A DNA stretch of 64,000 nt from an uncultured Pelagibacteraceae bacterium (GCA_902600485.1 CACKJD010000005.1:15905-79904), one strand, 5' to 3'; positions 40,007 to 51,971 are shown, counted from the first letter of the stretch. Numbers and translations: made by a program. Notes: generated by a model from the letters alone, not told the origin.

Positions 40007-41341
40007 GTGAAAAAAATATTCATTAAAACCTTCGGTTGTCAAATGAATGAATATGATACGAATCGTATTTACGATACTGTAAAAAATATTGGTTACTTAA
40101 AAACTAATGATCACTTAAGCGCTGATTGTTATTTGTTAAACACATGTCATATCAGAGATAAGTCAAAAGAAAAAGTTTTTGACGAAATAGGGAGAGTAAG
40201 AAAAAATTATAAAAACAAAAAAAAACCTATCGTGATTGTTGCAGGTTGTGTTGCTCAAGCTGAGAGTAGGGAAATGATCAAAAGAGAACCTTTTATAGAT
40301 ATCGTTATTGGCCCACAATCATATCATAAGATAAATAAGATTATTCATAATTTTGATTCAAAAAAAAAACATGAATTAACGGAATTTGAAACTGAAGATA
40401 AATTTAATTATTTAGATAAAATTAAAAATAATGATAGTAAGGTTTCATCTTTTTTAACAATTCAAGAGGGATGTGATAAGTTTTGCAGTTTTTGTGTTGT
40501 GCCTTATACAAGAGGACCTGAGTATTCCAGACCTTTTAAAAGAATTATTGATGAAGCTGAGAATTTAGTAAAAAATGGTACAAGAGAAATTATTTTATTA
40601 GGACAAAATGTAAATGCTTATCTTTTCAAAGATAAAGAAAAAAATTTCAATTTGTCACACCTAATATTGGAGTTAGATAAAATAAAAGAATTAAATAGAA
40701 TTAGATACACCACATCTCATCCAAGAGATATGACAGAAGATTTGATTGAATGTTATTCTAATTGTAAAAAACTAATGCCTTTTATACATTTGCCAATCCA
40801 AAGTGGTTCCAATAAAATTTTAAAATTAATGAATAGAAATCACAAAGTAGAGAAATATTTAGAAATTTATAAACTCATAAAACAAAAAAATCATAATGTT
40901 GAGTTTTCTAGTGATTTTATAGTGGGTTATCCAGGAGAAACAGATTGTGATTTTAATGATACTATTAAGTTAGTAAAAAAAATTAAATTTATTAATTCTT
41001 ATTCTTTTATATACAGTCCAAGGCCTGGCACTCCTGCATCAAAATTGAAAGAAATTAATAAAGAAATTGCAAAAGAACGTTTACTAAATTTACAAAGTGT
41101 TTTAGAGGATCACCAAATTAAAAAAAATGAGTCATTAATAGGTTCAACAATTGAAGTTTTAGTAGAAAATAAATTAAAAAGTCAGAATAAGTATTTTGGA
41201 AGAAATATATTTTTAAACTCTGTAATTTTTGATGGTGAGGAAAAGTTTATTGGAAAATTAGTAAATGTAAAAATAGAAAAAATAAATCGAAATACTTTAT
41301 TTGGAAGAATTGATGAAAGTAAAGATATGAGAGCCGCTTAA
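40007..41341 (+). CDS. miaB: tRNA methylthiotransferase MiaB (GTG start)
   Basis: TFGCQMNEYD, NTCHIR, GCVAQA, QEGCDKFCSFCVVPYTRG. Confidence 0.96.
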   Translation: MKKIFIKTFGCQMNEYDTNRIYDTVKNIGYLKTNDHLSADCYLLNTCHIRDKSKEKVFDEIGRVRKNYKNKKKPIVIVAGCVAQAESREMIKREPFIDIVIGPQSYHKINKIIHNFDSKKKHELTEFETEDKFNYLDKIKNNDSKVSSFLTIQEGCDKFCSFCVVPYTRGPEYSRPFKRIIDEAENLVKNGTREIILLGQNVNAYLFKDKEKNFNLSHLILELDKIKELNRIRYTTSHPRDMTEDLIECYSNCKKLMPFIHLPIQSGSNKILKLMNRNHKVEKYLEIYKLIKQKNHNVEFSSDFIVGYPGETDCDFNDTIKLVKKIKFINSYSFIYSPRPGTPASKLKEINKEIAKERLLNLQSVLEDHQIKKNESLIGSTIEVLVENKLKSQNKYFGRNIFLNSVIFDGEEKFIGKLVNVKIEKINRNTLFGRIDESKDMRAA

Positions 41342-41342
41342 T

Positions 41343-42341
41343 TTGAATAACTTTTCTTATAAAAAAGCTGTTGATGATTTAAAATTTGTATACTCTGAAA
41401 ATAATACCCTAAGTATTATATTTAAAAACAATGAAATATTAATGGGTGTTGTCGGCGAATTTAACAATAATTTAAAAGAATTGGAAAAAATAACTGATAC
41501 AAGTATTTATTCTCGTGGTAATTCAATTTTAGTAAAAAGTACATCAAAAAAAAATGAATTAGTAAAAAATGCAATTGTTTTTTTATTTGATCAATTTATA
41601 AATAACGGCACAATTGAAACAAAAGATATTATATCTTCGGTAAATAAATTTATGATTGAGGAAAAAACAGATAAAATAGAATACATAATTAAAACGCCGA
41701 AAAAATCAGTAATACCAAGATCTGAGAAACAAAAAAAATATGTTAGAGCACTAAGAGATAGCGAAATTATAATATCTTCTGGACCCGCTGGGACTGGAAA
41801 AACTTATTTAGCAGTAGCTATCGCTTTAACCATGCTTCTAGATAAAAAAATAGAGAGGATAATATTATCTAGACCAGCAGTTGAAGCCGGAGAAAGACTA
41901 GGGTTTTTGCCTGGAGATATGAGGGAAAAGGTAGATCCATATCTACGACCTTTATATGATGCGCTTTATGATCTTTTAGATTTTGAAAAAATCCAAAAAC
42001 GTATTGAAATTGGTGATATAGAAATAGCACCTTTGGCATTTATGCGAGGCAGAACACTAAAAAATTCTTTTGCTATTTTAGACGAGGCTCAAAATGCAAC
42101 TGATACTCAAATTAAAATGTTTTTAACTAGAATAGGAGAAAACTCAAAAATTGTTATTAATGGTGATCCATCACAAATAGATTTACCTAATAAATCTTTA
42201 TCTGGTTTAAAAAGATCTAAAGAAATACTTGGACATTTAAATGAGATATCTGTAGTAGATTTTGATCACACAGATGTGGTGAGACACCCATTAGTTTCTA
42301 AAATAGTAAAAGCATATTCCGATCAAAATTCTAAGAAATGA
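41343..42341 (+). CDS. phoH: PhoH-like ATPase (TTG start)
   Basis: GPAGTGKTYLAV, RPAVEAGE.LGFLPGD, APLAFMRGRT. Confidence 0.93.
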   Translation: MNNFSYKKAVDDLKFVYSENNTLSIIFKNNEILMGVVGEFNNNLKELEKITDTSIYSRGNSILVKSTSKKNELVKNAIVFLFDQFINNGTIETKDIISSVNKFMIEEKTDKIEYIIKTPKKSVIPRSEKQKKYVRALRDSEIIISSGPAGTGKTYLAVAIALTMLLDKKIERIILSRPAVEAGERLGFLPGDMREKVDPYLRPLYDALYDLLDFEKIQKRIEIGDIEIAPLAFMRGRTLKNSFAILDEAQNATDTQIKMFLTRIGENSKIVINGDPSQIDLPNKSLSGLKRSKEILGHLNEISVVDFDHTDVVRHPLVSKIVKAYSDQNSKK

Positions 42342-42778
42342 TCAAAATTTATGTTGTTGTTGATTTTCCCAAATGGAAAAAAAAGATTAAAAATTTAAAA
42401 AATTACTTCAAAATAAAACAAAGAAAATTTAACACTCAAATAAATTCATCAAAAAAAAAAAAAGAATTTACTATATTTTTAACAAATAATTTGAAAATGA
42501 AAAAATTAAATAATAAATTTAGAAAAGTTAATAAACCAACAGATGTTTTGTCATTTCCATTAAAAATAAAGAATAAAAGTAACATTTATCTTGGAGACAT
42601 AGCTATTAGTTATGAAATAATTAATAAAAGATCCAAAAAATCATTGTTCGATCATGAATTAGATAAAATGTGGATTCATGGATACCTACACCTATGTGGA
42701 CATGATCACATTAAATATAAAGATTTTAAAAAGATGTCTAGAAAAGAAAATTTAATATTTAAACAACTTAATTTTTAA
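42338..42778 (+). CDS. ybeY: rRNA maturation endoribonuclease YbeY
   Basis: NKPTDVLSFP, LGDI.IS, IHGYLHLCGHDH. Confidence 0.93.
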   Translation: MIKIYVVVDFPKWKKKIKNLKNYFKIKQRKFNTQINSSKKKKEFTIFLTNNLKMKKLNNKFRKVNKPTDVLSFPLKIKNKSNIYLGDIAISYEIINKRSKKSLFDHELDKMWIHGYLHLCGHDHIKYKDFKKMSRKENLIFKQLNF

Positions 42779-42779
42779 A

Positions 42780-44300
42780 TTGGCTCAAATTTTAAATAAC
42801 AAATTTTTAATAATAATTATTTTACTTTTTTTAGGTTTTCTTTCATCATTTAGCCTACCTCCTTATAATTTTTTTTTAATAAATTTTTTCACTTTTCCAG
42901 TTTTATTTTATATTTTGATTATTAATATTAGTCGAAATTTACTTAATAATTTCTTAATTGGATGGTTTTATGGATTCGGATATTTTTTATCTAATTTATA
43001 TTGGATTTCATATTCACTTAAATTCGATAAAAATTTTGAAAATTTAATTGTTTTATCAATTTTATTAATCCCGTTTTTGTTAGCATTATTTTATGGATTA
43101 TTTTCGTATCTACTTAAATTTTTTAATATAAAAATGAATTTTAGTTCAATTTTAATTTTCTCACTTTCACTGTCCATTGTTGAGTACTTGAGAGGAACAA
43201 TTCTTGGTGGATTTCCTTGGAATTTAATTACGTTTAGTTTAGTAAATGTTATTAGTTCGCTGCAAATACTTAGCTTTATAGGGACTTACTCTTTAAACTT
43301 ATTAGTTATTACCTTTTACACTTTACCAATAATAATTTTTTTCAATATTAAAAATTTAAGAAAATTCACTATCTTATTATTAGCAGTTTTGACGTTATTA
43401 ATTAATGTTTACTATGGATTTGATAAAATTGAGCAAATTGAAAATAAACCAAAAAAAATAATCATTCCATCAATAAAATTAGTTTCCCCTAAGTTTAATA
43501 TTGAGAGGTTTTTTATCAATGAACCCATAGAAGATAAAATAAACGAACTTTTTGAAAATAGTTATCCACTTGATAAAGATGTAATTTTAGTTTTTCCAGA
43601 AGGTATAACTAATATTGGAGAAATAAATCATTTAGAAAATAATTTTGATAATATTTCTAATCAATTAACAGATAAATCAAAAATAATCTTAGGTATTACT
43701 TTAGATGATGGAGAAAAAATATTTAATTCATTAGCAGTATTTAACAAGGAATTTGAAATAGAGGATAAATATAATAAAAATAAGCTTGTCCCATTTGGAG
43801 AATTTCTACCTTTAGAAAAATTTTTAAGCAAGTTTGGCTTAAAAAAAATAACTCATGGATATAAATCGTTCAGCTCTTCAACTGAGAGAAACATTCTTAG
43901 TGTGGGTGAAATTTCATTTTTACCTTTGATCTGTTATGAAATTATATTTTCTGGTGCATTAACGAAAAATGAAGATAATTATGATTTCATATTAAATATT
44001 TCTGAAGATGGCTGGTTTGGAAACAGTATAGGACCTGTTCAACATTTTTCCCACTCTATATTTAGATCAATTGAGGAAGGCAAAGATATTTTAAGAGTTG
44101 CTAACAATGGAATTTCTGCTCATATAAGTTCAAATGGTAAAGTTAATAAAATGCTCAACACAACTCAAAAGGGAAGCATAGAAATTAACTCGGTTTCTAA
44201 TGATTTTCCCACATTCTTTAGCGTTTATGGTAACAAGATTTTCTTTTTTTTAGTATTTTTTTATATTAGTTTAATTTTCTTTTTGAAAAAATTTAAATGA
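42780..44300 (+). CDS. lnt: Apolipoprotein N-acyltransferase (TTG start)
   Basis: [31 protein letters not shown]. Confidence 0.93.
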   Translation: MAQILNNKFLIIIILLFLGFLSSFSLPPYNFFLINFFTFPVLFYILIINISRNLLNNFLIGWFYGFGYFLSNLYWISYSLKFDKNFENLIVLSILLIPFLLALFYGLFSYLLKFFNIKMNFSSILIFSLSLSIVEYLRGTILGGFPWNLITFSLVNVISSLQILSFIGTYSLNLLVITFYTLPIIIFFNIKNLRKFTILLLAVLTLLINVYYGFDKIEQIENKPKKIIIPSIKLVSPKFNIERFFINEPIEDKINELFENSYPLDKDVILVFPEGITNIGEINHLENNFDNISNQLTDKSKIILGITLDDGEKIFNSLAVFNKEFEIEDKYNKNKLVPFGEFLPLEKFLSKFGLKKITHGYKSFSSSTERNILSVGEISFLPLICYEIIFSGALTKNEDNYDFILNISEDGWFGNSIGPVQHFSHSIFRSIEEGKDILRVANNGISAHISSNGKVNKMLNTTQKGSIEINSVSNDFPTFFSVYGNKIFFFLVFFYISLIFFLKKFK

Positions 44301-45460
44301 AAAAAAATTATTTATTTACAAGCGAGTCAGTTTCTGAAGGCCATCCAGATAAAGTCTGTGACAGGATATCTGATATGGTTGTAGATACTTACCTTGGCGC
44401 TGAGCCTCAGTCAAGAGTTGCATGCGAAACTTTAACTACAACAAATAAAGTTGTTTTGGCTGGTGAGGTAAGGGGGCCCGAAATTAAAAAAGATGATTTA
44501 ATTCAGAAAGTCAGATCTTGTATTAAAGACATAGGATATGATCAAGATGGTTTCACTTATAAGGAAGCCACAAAAATAGAAAGTCATTTGCATGCTCAAT
44601 CATCAGATATTGCAATGGGAGTTGATTCTTCAGGAAACAAAGATGAAGGAGCGGGAGACCAAGGAATAATGTTTGGATATGCTTGTAACGAAACCGATGT
44701 TTTAATGCCAGCCCCAATACATTATTCACATAAGATTTTAAGATTAATGGCTGAAGATAGAAAGTCAGGAAAACTTAAAAATATCGAACCTGATTCTAAA
44801 AGTCAAATAACTATTGAATATAAAGACGGAAAACCAGCTAATGTGAAATCTGTAGTGATATCTACACAACATTCTGCTGATGTAAATCAATCTCAAGTTA
44901 GAGAATTAGTTAAGCCTTATATTGAGAAATCAATTCCTAGAGAATTATTAAAAAATTTGTCCGAGACAGAAATTTATGTCAATCCAACTGGAAATTTTGT
45001 TATTGGTGGCCCAGATGGAGATAGCGGTCTAACAGGCAGAAAGATAATAGTCGACACTTATGGTGGAGCTGCACCACACGGTGGAGGAGCTTTCTCAGGA
45101 AAAGATCCCACGAAGGTTGATAGATCAGCAGCATATGCATCACGATATCTTGCGAAAAATATTGTAGCTTCAAAAATTGCAGATAAGTGTCTCATTCAAT
45201 TAGCCTATGCAATTGGCGTGTCAAAGCCACTTTCAATATATGTAGATTTATTTGATAACGATGAAGAAAAGAATAAACATGTAGAAAGCTTAATACAAAA
45301 AAATTTTGATTTAAGTCCTAGAGGTATTAGGGAGATGTTAGGATTGAATAAACCTATATATGAAAAATCCGCAGCATATGGACACTTTGGTAGGGATCCA
45401 GGACCAGACGGCTCTTTTTCATGGGAAAAAGTCGATAAAAAAGACATTTTCACTAAGTAA
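44297..45460 (+). CDS. metK: S-adenosylmethionine synthetase
   Basis: [28 protein letters not shown]. Confidence 0.98.
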   Translation: MKKNYLFTSESVSEGHPDKVCDRISDMVVDTYLGAEPQSRVACETLTTTNKVVLAGEVRGPEIKKDDLIQKVRSCIKDIGYDQDGFTYKEATKIESHLHAQSSDIAMGVDSSGNKDEGAGDQGIMFGYACNETDVLMPAPIHYSHKILRLMAEDRKSGKLKNIEPDSKSQITIEYKDGKPANVKSVVISTQHSADVNQSQVRELVKPYIEKSIPRELLKNLSETEIYVNPTGNFVIGGPDGDSGLTGRKIIVDTYGGAAPHGGGAFSGKDPTKVDRSAAYASRYLAKNIVASKIADKCLIQLAYAIGVSKPLSIYVDLFDNDEEKNKHVESLIQKNFDLSPRGIREMLGLNKPIYEKSAAYGHFGRDPGPDGSFSWEKVDKKDIFTK

Positions 45461-45518
45461 TAATAAGTTGAAAATTTATAAATATTAATTATAAAACCTA
45501 TAACATTGTTGATATATC

Positions 45519-45545
45519 AAAGTGGGCTTCGGCCCATTTTTTTTT
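45519..45545 (+). terminator. Intrinsic terminator immediately upstream of the nusA SD
   Basis: AAAGTGGGC-TTCG-GCCCATTTT, with a 9-T run (45537-45545), then GGAG and ATG at 45558. Confidence 0.8.
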
Positions 45546-45557
45546 GGAGAAAAAAAT

Positions 45558-47102
45558 ATGTTAAACAGACGAGCAGATAAACTTGAACTATTAAGAATTG
45601 CAGAAGCAGTTGCACTAGAAAAGTCTATAGATAAAGAATTAATTATTAATTCTATGGAAACTGGTATTGCCAAAGCCGCTAAGTCAAAATTTGGTAATGA
45701 AAATGAAATTCAAGTTAATATTAATAGAGAAAGTGGCGATATTGAAATTTTTAGAAAATTAATAATTGTCGAAAAACCAGAAAATAACAATACAGAAATA
45801 AGCTTAGAAAGAGCAAAAGCTCTTAATAATGAGAAAAAATTAGGTGAGGAAATATTGCAACCTCTTCCAACATTTGATTTTGGAAGAATTGCTGCACAGA
45901 CTGCTAAACAAGTTATTAGTTTTAGTGTCAGGGAGGCTGAAAAAGAAAGACAGTTTAACGATTTTATTGATAAAAAAGATACAATATTGAGCGGGATAGT
46001 CAAAAGATTAGAGTTTGGAAATGTAATTGTTGATTTAGGAAAAGCAGAAGCAATAATACAAAAAAATGAAATGATCCCAAGAGAAAATATAAAAGCAGGA
46101 GACAGGGTAAAAGCATATTGTTATGATGTTAGAAGAGAGCAAAGAGGACAACAAATATTCTTATCTAGAGCTCATCCAAAATTTATGGAAAAACTATTTA
46201 TTCAAGAAGTTCCAGAAATATACGATGGTTTAATTGAGATAAAATCCTCAGCAAGAGACCCGGGTAGTAGAGCAAAAATTTGTGTTAAAGCTATCGATAC
46301 GTCATTAGATCCAGTTGGAGCCTGCGTTGGAATGAGAGGTAGTAGGGTACAAGCAGTTGTTAATGAATTACAAGGAGAAAAAATTGATATAGTTAATTGG
46401 TCTGAGGATGTAACGGTAGTAGTTTCAAATGCTCTCTCACCTGCTGAAGTATTAAAAGTTAATATTAATCAAGAAGCAAAAAAATTAGATGTTATTCTGA
46501 CTGAGGAAAATTTGAGTAAAGCGATTGGAAGAAGAGGACAAAACGTTAGACTTGCAACAAAACTTATTGATTATGAAATAAATATCATGACTGATAAAGA
46601 AGAGTCGGAAAGAAGACAAGAAGAGTTTAAAGATAGAACAGAGAATTTAATGAAAAATTTAGAGGTGGATGAAACACTTGGTCAGCTTTTAGTAGCCGAG
46701 GGTTTCTCGACAATTGAAATATTAAAAGATAGCAAACTAAATGATCTAGTAAAGATTGAAGGTATTGAAGAGGAGACTGCTAAAGAGCTAATTGAAAGAG
46801 CTATAGAATTTGATAAAAAAAATCAAGAAGAAATTCAAAAAAAGATAAAAGATTTAGGTTTAGAAGCTGATTTAATAAATCATTTGGGATTGACACCTGG
46901 GATGCTTTTAACATTAGGTGAGAAAAAAATATTAACTCTTAACGATTTTGCAGATCTCGCATCTGACGAATTAATCGGTGGTTTTGATATTATCAAAGGT
47001 GAAAAGATCAGGATAAATGGCTATCTCGAAGACTTTGCTTTATCAAAAGCAGAGGCGGACGACCTCATAATGAAAGCCCGAGAAAAAGTTTATAATAATT
47101 AG
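45558..47102 (+). CDS. nusA: Transcription elongation factor NusA
   Basis: Start reassigned to ATG 45558 (GGAG SD); FGRIAAQTAKQV, ARDPGSRAKI, GACVGMRGSRV. Confidence 0.97.
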   Translation: MLNRRADKLELLRIAEAVALEKSIDKELIINSMETGIAKAAKSKFGNENEIQVNINRESGDIEIFRKLIIVEKPENNNTEISLERAKALNNEKKLGEEILQPLPTFDFGRIAAQTAKQVISFSVREAEKERQFNDFIDKKDTILSGIVKRLEFGNVIVDLGKAEAIIQKNEMIPRENIKAGDRVKAYCYDVRREQRGQQIFLSRAHPKFMEKLFIQEVPEIYDGLIEIKSSARDPGSRAKICVKAIDTSLDPVGACVGMRGSRVQAVVNELQGEKIDIVNWSEDVTVVVSNALSPAEVLKVNINQEAKKLDVILTEENLSKAIGRRGQNVRLATKLIDYEINIMTDKEESERRQEEFKDRTENLMKNLEVDETLGQLLVAEGFSTIEILKDSKLNDLVKIEGIEEETAKELIERAIEFDKKNQEEIQKKIKDLGLEADLINHLGLTPGMLLTLGEKKILTLNDFADLASDELIGGFDIIKGEKIRINGYLEDFALSKAEADDLIMKAREKVYNN

Positions 47103-47112
47103 GTGATGGAAA

Positions 47113-49272
47113 ATGGAAAAACAAAAGAAAAAACTAACAATATCAGGAAAGCCAAAAAAAAATTTTGTTTCTCAACAAAATTTTGAAAGTAAAAAAAAAT
47201 TTTCTTTTAACAATCAAAAGTTTTCAAAACCTACAAATAATTTTAAAAAAAATTTTAAAACTAAGCCTATAACTACAAAACTAAGCGATTATGAACGTAG
47301 GAAGTTAGCTGAACAAAAAGCAACGAAAGTAATAAGAGGTGAAAATAATCAAAAAGATAAAGATAATAAGTCAAAATTTAGTACAAAAAAAAGAGAGACT
47401 AAACTAACAGTCTCTAGAGCTTTAAGCGAAGATTTAGAATTTAAATCAAGAAGTCTTGCATCAATTAAACGAGCTAGAGAGAAAGAGCTTAGAATTTCAA
47501 AAAGTAAAATTGGTGATGAAGAAAATGCAAATATTAAGAGAGATATTAATATACCTGAATTTATAACAATTAGAGATCTTGCCAATAGAATGGCTGAGCA
47601 ATCATCAAATATTATTAAACATTTAATGAGTATGGGTGTTGCTGTTACTATCAATCATACAATTGATTCTGACACAGCAGAATATTTAGTAAAAGAATTT
47701 GGCCATAATCCTATTAGAGAAAAAAAAGCAGATGAAATAATAAAAAGTATTATAGATACAAAATCCAAAAATCTAAAAAATCGTCCCCCAATAATTACAG
47801 TTATGGGTCATGTTGATCATGGTAAAACTTCTGTTTTAGATGTTATAAGGAGTACAAACATTGTGTCTGGAGAGTTTGGTGGTATTACGCAACATATAGG
47901 AGCTTATCAAATAACGAAAAGTAATGAAAAAATCACATTTATAGACACACCGGGTCATGCTGCTTTCACTGAAATGAGAGCAAGAGGTTCGAAGTTGACT
48001 GATATAGTTGTATTAGTAGTTGCAGCCAATGATGGAGTGATGCCTCAAACCGTTGAATCAATAAAACATGCAAAAGCAGCAAAAGTCCCAATTGTTGTAG
48101 CAATTAACAAGTGTGATCTTCCAGATGCTGATCCCCAAAAAATTAAAAACCAGCTATTAGAGCATGAATTAATCTCAGAGGACTTATCTGGAGATACAAT
48201 CATGGTCGAAATTTCAACAAAAACTAAAAAAAATATAGATAAATTACTCGAATTGATTTTACTACAAGCAGAACTTTTAGATTTAAAATGTGATTTTAGC
48301 TGTAACTCTAACGGTGTTGTCCTTGAGTCAAAAATAGATATAGGTAGAGGACCGATAGCAAATATTATTGTTACATCCGGTAATCTTAAAAAAGGAGATT
48401 ATTTTGTTTGTGGTACAAAATGGGGAAAAGTCAGAGCAATTATAGATGATACTGGAAAACAAATTAACGAAGCATTACCATCAACACCAGTCGAAGTTTT
48501 AGGTATAAATGGTGCAGCAAAATCTGGAGATGACTTCTTGGTTCTTGACTCAGAAAAAGAGGCTAAGGCTTTATCAGAAGCAAGAATTGAAGAGACCAAA
48601 ACTTCAAAAAATCCTTTAACTATGTTTACACAAGAATCTGCTTTTAAAGATAACAAGTCTGAAGATTTAAATATTATAGTAAAATCAGATGTGCACGGGT
48701 CGTCAGAGGCAATAAAAAGTGCAATTAATCAAATTAAACACGATGAGGTAAAGGTAAAAATAATTTTAGTCGATGTTGGAATGGTAACCGAGACAGATGT
48801 CAATTTAGCTAAGGCATCTAATGCAATTCTAATTGCTTTTAACGTTAAACCTAGTAAGGAAGCAAAAAAAATAGCAGAACAAAATAACGTTAAAATTTCC
48901 TCATTTAATATAATCTATGAATTGATTGATTTTGTCAGAAATCAGATGTCAGGACTATTATCCCCAGATGTAGAAGAAAAGGTAATTGGTTCAGCTGAAA
49001 TTTTAGAAATTTTTAAAGTATCAAAAGTGGGAAAAGTTGCTGGTTCAAAGGTTATTGATGGTGAAATTTCTCAGGACGCTTTAGCTAGAATTATTAGAGA
49101 TGGAGCAATAATTTATAATGGTAAAATAAGCACTATTTTTAGGGAAAAAAACCAAGCCAAGCAAGTGTCAGCTGGACTGGAATGTGGTATATCTTTTAAA
49201 GATTTTAATGACTTTCAAAAAAAAGACATTATAGAGGCTTACAGTTCTACTACAACGGAAAGGGTAATATAA
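47113..49272 (+). CDS. infB: Translation initiation factor IF-2
   Basis: MGHVDHGKTS, GGITQHIGAY, DTPGHAAF. Confidence 0.98.
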   Translation: MEKQKKKLTISGKPKKNFVSQQNFESKKKFSFNNQKFSKPTNNFKKNFKTKPITTKLSDYERRKLAEQKATKVIRGENNQKDKDNKSKFSTKKRETKLTVSRALSEDLEFKSRSLASIKRAREKELRISKSKIGDEENANIKRDINIPEFITIRDLANRMAEQSSNIIKHLMSMGVAVTINHTIDSDTAEYLVKEFGHNPIREKKADEIIKSIIDTKSKNLKNRPPIITVMGHVDHGKTSVLDVIRSTNIVSGEFGGITQHIGAYQITKSNEKITFIDTPGHAAFTEMRARGSKLTDIVVLVVAANDGVMPQTVESIKHAKAAKVPIVVAINKCDLPDADPQKIKNQLLEHELISEDLSGDTIMVEISTKTKKNIDKLLELILLQAELLDLKCDFSCNSNGVVLESKIDIGRGPIANIIVTSGNLKKGDYFVCGTKWGKVRAIIDDTGKQINEALPSTPVEVLGINGAAKSGDDFLVLDSEKEAKALSEARIEETKTSKNPLTMFTQESAFKDNKSEDLNIIVKSDVHGSSEAIKSAINQIKHDEVKVKIILVDVGMVTETDVNLAKASNAILIAFNVKPSKEAKKIAEQNNVKISSFNIIYELIDFVRNQMSGLLSPDVEEKVIGSAEILEIFKVSKVGKVAGSKVIDGEISQDALARIIRDGAIIYNGKISTIFREKNQAKQVSAGLECGISFKDFNDFQKKDIIEAYSSTTTERVI

Positions 49273-49276
49273 TATC

Positions 49277-49642
49277 ATGGCAAACGCAGGTAGACCAGTT
49301 TCTCAAAGACAATTAAGAGTTGGGGAAATGATAAAACAATCATTAAGTATGATATTTCTAAAAGATGAAGCAAAAATACCTGACATTAATTCTAAAGAAA
49401 TCACTGTCACGGAGGTTAGAATGAGCCCAGATTTAAAAACTGCCAAGGTCTTTGTGCTACCACTGGGAGGTAAAAACTCAGAAGAAATTATAGAGAAATT
49501 AAAAGAATTTTCTTTTGTTGTGAGAAAAGTATTGTCCAAAAAAGTCATAATGAAATTTTTACCAAAACTATTTTTTGTGAAAGACGAATCTTTTGACTAT
49601 GCAGAAAAAATTGAAAATTTAATAAAACAAGCTAATAAATAG
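49277..49642 (+). CDS. rbfA: Ribosome-binding factor A
   Basis: SQRQLRVGE, TVTEVRMSPDL..AKV, P.L.F..DESF. Confidence 0.93.
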   Translation: MANAGRPVSQRQLRVGEMIKQSLSMIFLKDEAKIPDINSKEITVTEVRMSPDLKTAKVFVLPLGGKNSEEIIEKLKEFSFVVRKVLSKKVIMKFLPKLFFVKDESFDYAEKIENLIKQANK

Positions 49643-49649
49643 GAAAACT

Positions 49650-49898
49650 ATGAAAAAGAATATTAAGGAATTAAGTTTACACGAAAAAGATACAGGTTCT
49701 TCAGAGGTTCAAATAGGTCTTTTAACAGATAAAATAGAAACTTTATCAAAACATGTGAAGCAGTATAAAAAAGATAAACATTCATCTGTTGGATTATTAA
49801 AAGCAGTTAATAAAAGAAAAAAACTATTGGATTATCTTAAGAAAAATAAAATTGATTCATATAAAAATATATTAACGAAATTAAATTTAAGGAAATAA
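49650..49898 (+). CDS. rpsO: 30S ribosomal protein S15
   Basis: DTGSSEVQI, KKDKHS..GLL..V.KR.KLL.YL. Confidence 0.93.
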   Translation: MKKNIKELSLHEKDTGSSEVQIGLLTDKIETLSKHVKQYKKDKHSSVGLLKAVNKRKKLLDYLKKNKIDSYKNILTKLNLRK

Positions 49899-51971
49899 AT
49901 GTTTAAAATATTCAAAAAAGAAGTTGAAGTTAGTGGAAAGAAAATCAGGTTAGAAACTGGTAAAATTGCAAGGCAAGCAGATGGAGCAATAATTGCTACG
50001 TGTGGAGAAACAGTTGTTCTAGCAACAGTCGTCGGAGCAAAAAAAGTAAATCCTGATGTAGATTATTTTCCATTATCGGTAAATTATCAAGAAAAGTACT
50101 ACGCTGCAGGAAAAATTCCTGGTGGATATTTTAAAAGAGAGGCTAGACCAACAGAAAGCGAAACTCTTATTTCAAGATTGATTGATAGACCTATTAGACC
50201 TTTGTTTCCAGATGAATTTAGAAATGAAGTTCAGTTATTACCTACAGTAATTTCTTATGATAAAGAAAATGAAGCTGATATTTTATCAATTATTGCATCT
50301 TCAGCTGCATTAGCAATATCTGGAATGCCATTTATGGGACCAGTAGGTGCATCAAGAGTAGGTTTTATAGGTGGTAAATATGTTTTAAATCCTACCAAAA
50401 AAGAATTAGAAAATTCAAAACTAGATTTAGTTGTAGCAGGAACCAAGGATGCTGTTTTAATGGTTGAGTCTGAAGCAAAGGGTTTGACAGAACAACAAAT
50501 GCTAGATGCAGTTAAATTTGGTCATGAGGGTTTCGTACCAGTCATAAAAATGATAGAGGAACTTGCAAAAGAATGTAAAAAACCTGATTGGGTTGTTGAA
50601 AAAAAAGATTTATCTGAAGTAAAGAAAAAGTTAGAGAGTGAATTTACAAAAGACCTAAAAAAAGCTTTTTCAATTAAAGATAAACAAGAAAGATCTAATT
50701 TAATATCTGAAGTAACTGAAAAAGCTAAAAAGTTGTACGAAGAAGACGAAAATTATTCAGAACTAGATGTTATGCATGAATTGAAAAATCTTGAAAAAGG
50801 CATTGTGAGAACAGACATACTTAAAAATAAAAATCGTATTGATGGCAGAGGTCTTTCAGATGTAAGACCAATTAAATGTGAAGTTGGAATACTACCAAGA
50901 GTTCATGGATCAGCATTATTCACCAGAGGAGAAACACAAGCAATTGTTACAACAACTCTAGGAACATCTGATGATGAACAAAGAATTGAAAGTTTAGAGG
51001 GTCTACAACGTGAGAGATTCATGCTTCATTATAACTTTCCTCCTTTTTCTGTTGGAGAAACGGGAAGAATAGGAACTGGAAGAAGAGAAATAGGTCACGG
51101 TAAACTAGCATGGAGAGCAATAAATTCATCTTTACCTACAAAAGAAAGTTTTCCATATACATTTAGAATAGTTTCAGAAATCACAGAGTCTAACGGTTCT
51201 TCATCGATGGCAACTGTTTGTGGTTCGTCTTTAGCACTTATGGATGCTGGTGTACCAATTAAAGAGCCAGTTGCTGGTATAGCAATGGGATTAATTAAAG
51301 AGGGAGATGATTTTAGTGTTCTATCAGATATCTTAGGTGATGAGGATCATTTAGGAGACATGGATTTTAAAGTCGCTGGAACTAAAGATGGAATTACTTC
51401 TTTGCAAATGGATATAAAAATAACAGGAATTACATTTGAAATTATGGAGCAAGCTTTAAAACAAGCTAAAGACGGTAGAGTACATATTTTAGATGAAATG
51501 AATAAAGCATTATCTAAATCAAGAGATGATGTGGGAAAACATACTCCTAAAATGGAAAAAATAACTGTTGAAAAGAAAGATATAGCTACAGTTATTGGAA
51601 AAGGTGGTGCAACAATCAGAGAGATTGTTGAAAAATCAGGCGCTAAAGTTGATGTCAATGATGAAGGTGAAGTAACAGTAGCAGCACCAGATGAAGACTC
51701 AAGAAATAAAGCAATGCAAATGATTAAAGATTTAACAGCTAAAGCTGAACTTAACAAAATTTATAACGGTAAAGTTATGAAAATTATGGAGTTTGGTGCA
51801 TTTGTAAATTTTTTGGGAAAACAAGATGGCCTAGTCCATATTTCGGAACTTGCAGATAAAAGAGTGGCTAAAGTAACAGATGTTGTAAAAGAAGGAGATG
51901 AAGTAAAAGTAAAAGTCATAGGTTTTGATAGAGGTAAAGTTAAACTATCAATTAAACAAGCCACCGTATAA
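49899..51971 (+). CDS. pnp: Polynucleotide phosphorylase
   Basis: [40 protein letters not shown] and S1 domains. Confidence 0.98.
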   Translation: MFKIFKKEVEVSGKKIRLETGKIARQADGAIIATCGETVVLATVVGAKKVNPDVDYFPLSVNYQEKYYAAGKIPGGYFKREARPTESETLISRLIDRPIRPLFPDEFRNEVQLLPTVISYDKENEADILSIIASSAALAISGMPFMGPVGASRVGFIGGKYVLNPTKKELENSKLDLVVAGTKDAVLMVESEAKGLTEQQMLDAVKFGHEGFVPVIKMIEELAKECKKPDWVVEKKDLSEVKKKLESEFTKDLKKAFSIKDKQERSNLISEVTEKAKKLYEEDENYSELDVMHELKNLEKGIVRTDILKNKNRIDGRGLSDVRPIKCEVGILPRVHGSALFTRGETQAIVTTTLGTSDDEQRIESLEGLQRERFMLHYNFPPFSVGETGRIGTGRREIGHGKLAWRAINSSLPTKESFPYTFRIVSEITESNGSSSMATVCGSSLALMDAGVPIKEPVAGIAMGLIKEGDDFSVLSDILGDEDHLGDMDFKVAGTKDGITSLQMDIKITGITFEIMEQALKQAKDGRVHILDEMNKALSKSRDDVGKHTPKMEKITVEKKDIATVIGKGGATIREIVEKSGAKVDVNDEGEVTVAAPDEDSRNKAMQMIKDLTAKAELNKIYNGKVMKIMEFGAFVNFLGKQDGLVHISELADKRVAKVTDVVKEGDEVKVKVIGFDRGKVKLSIKQATV

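Noticed and set aside
45522-45557. N-terminal extension MGFGPFFFGEKN of NusA
   Set aside because: It is the translation of the terminator hairpin and SD; ATG 45558 has the proper SD.
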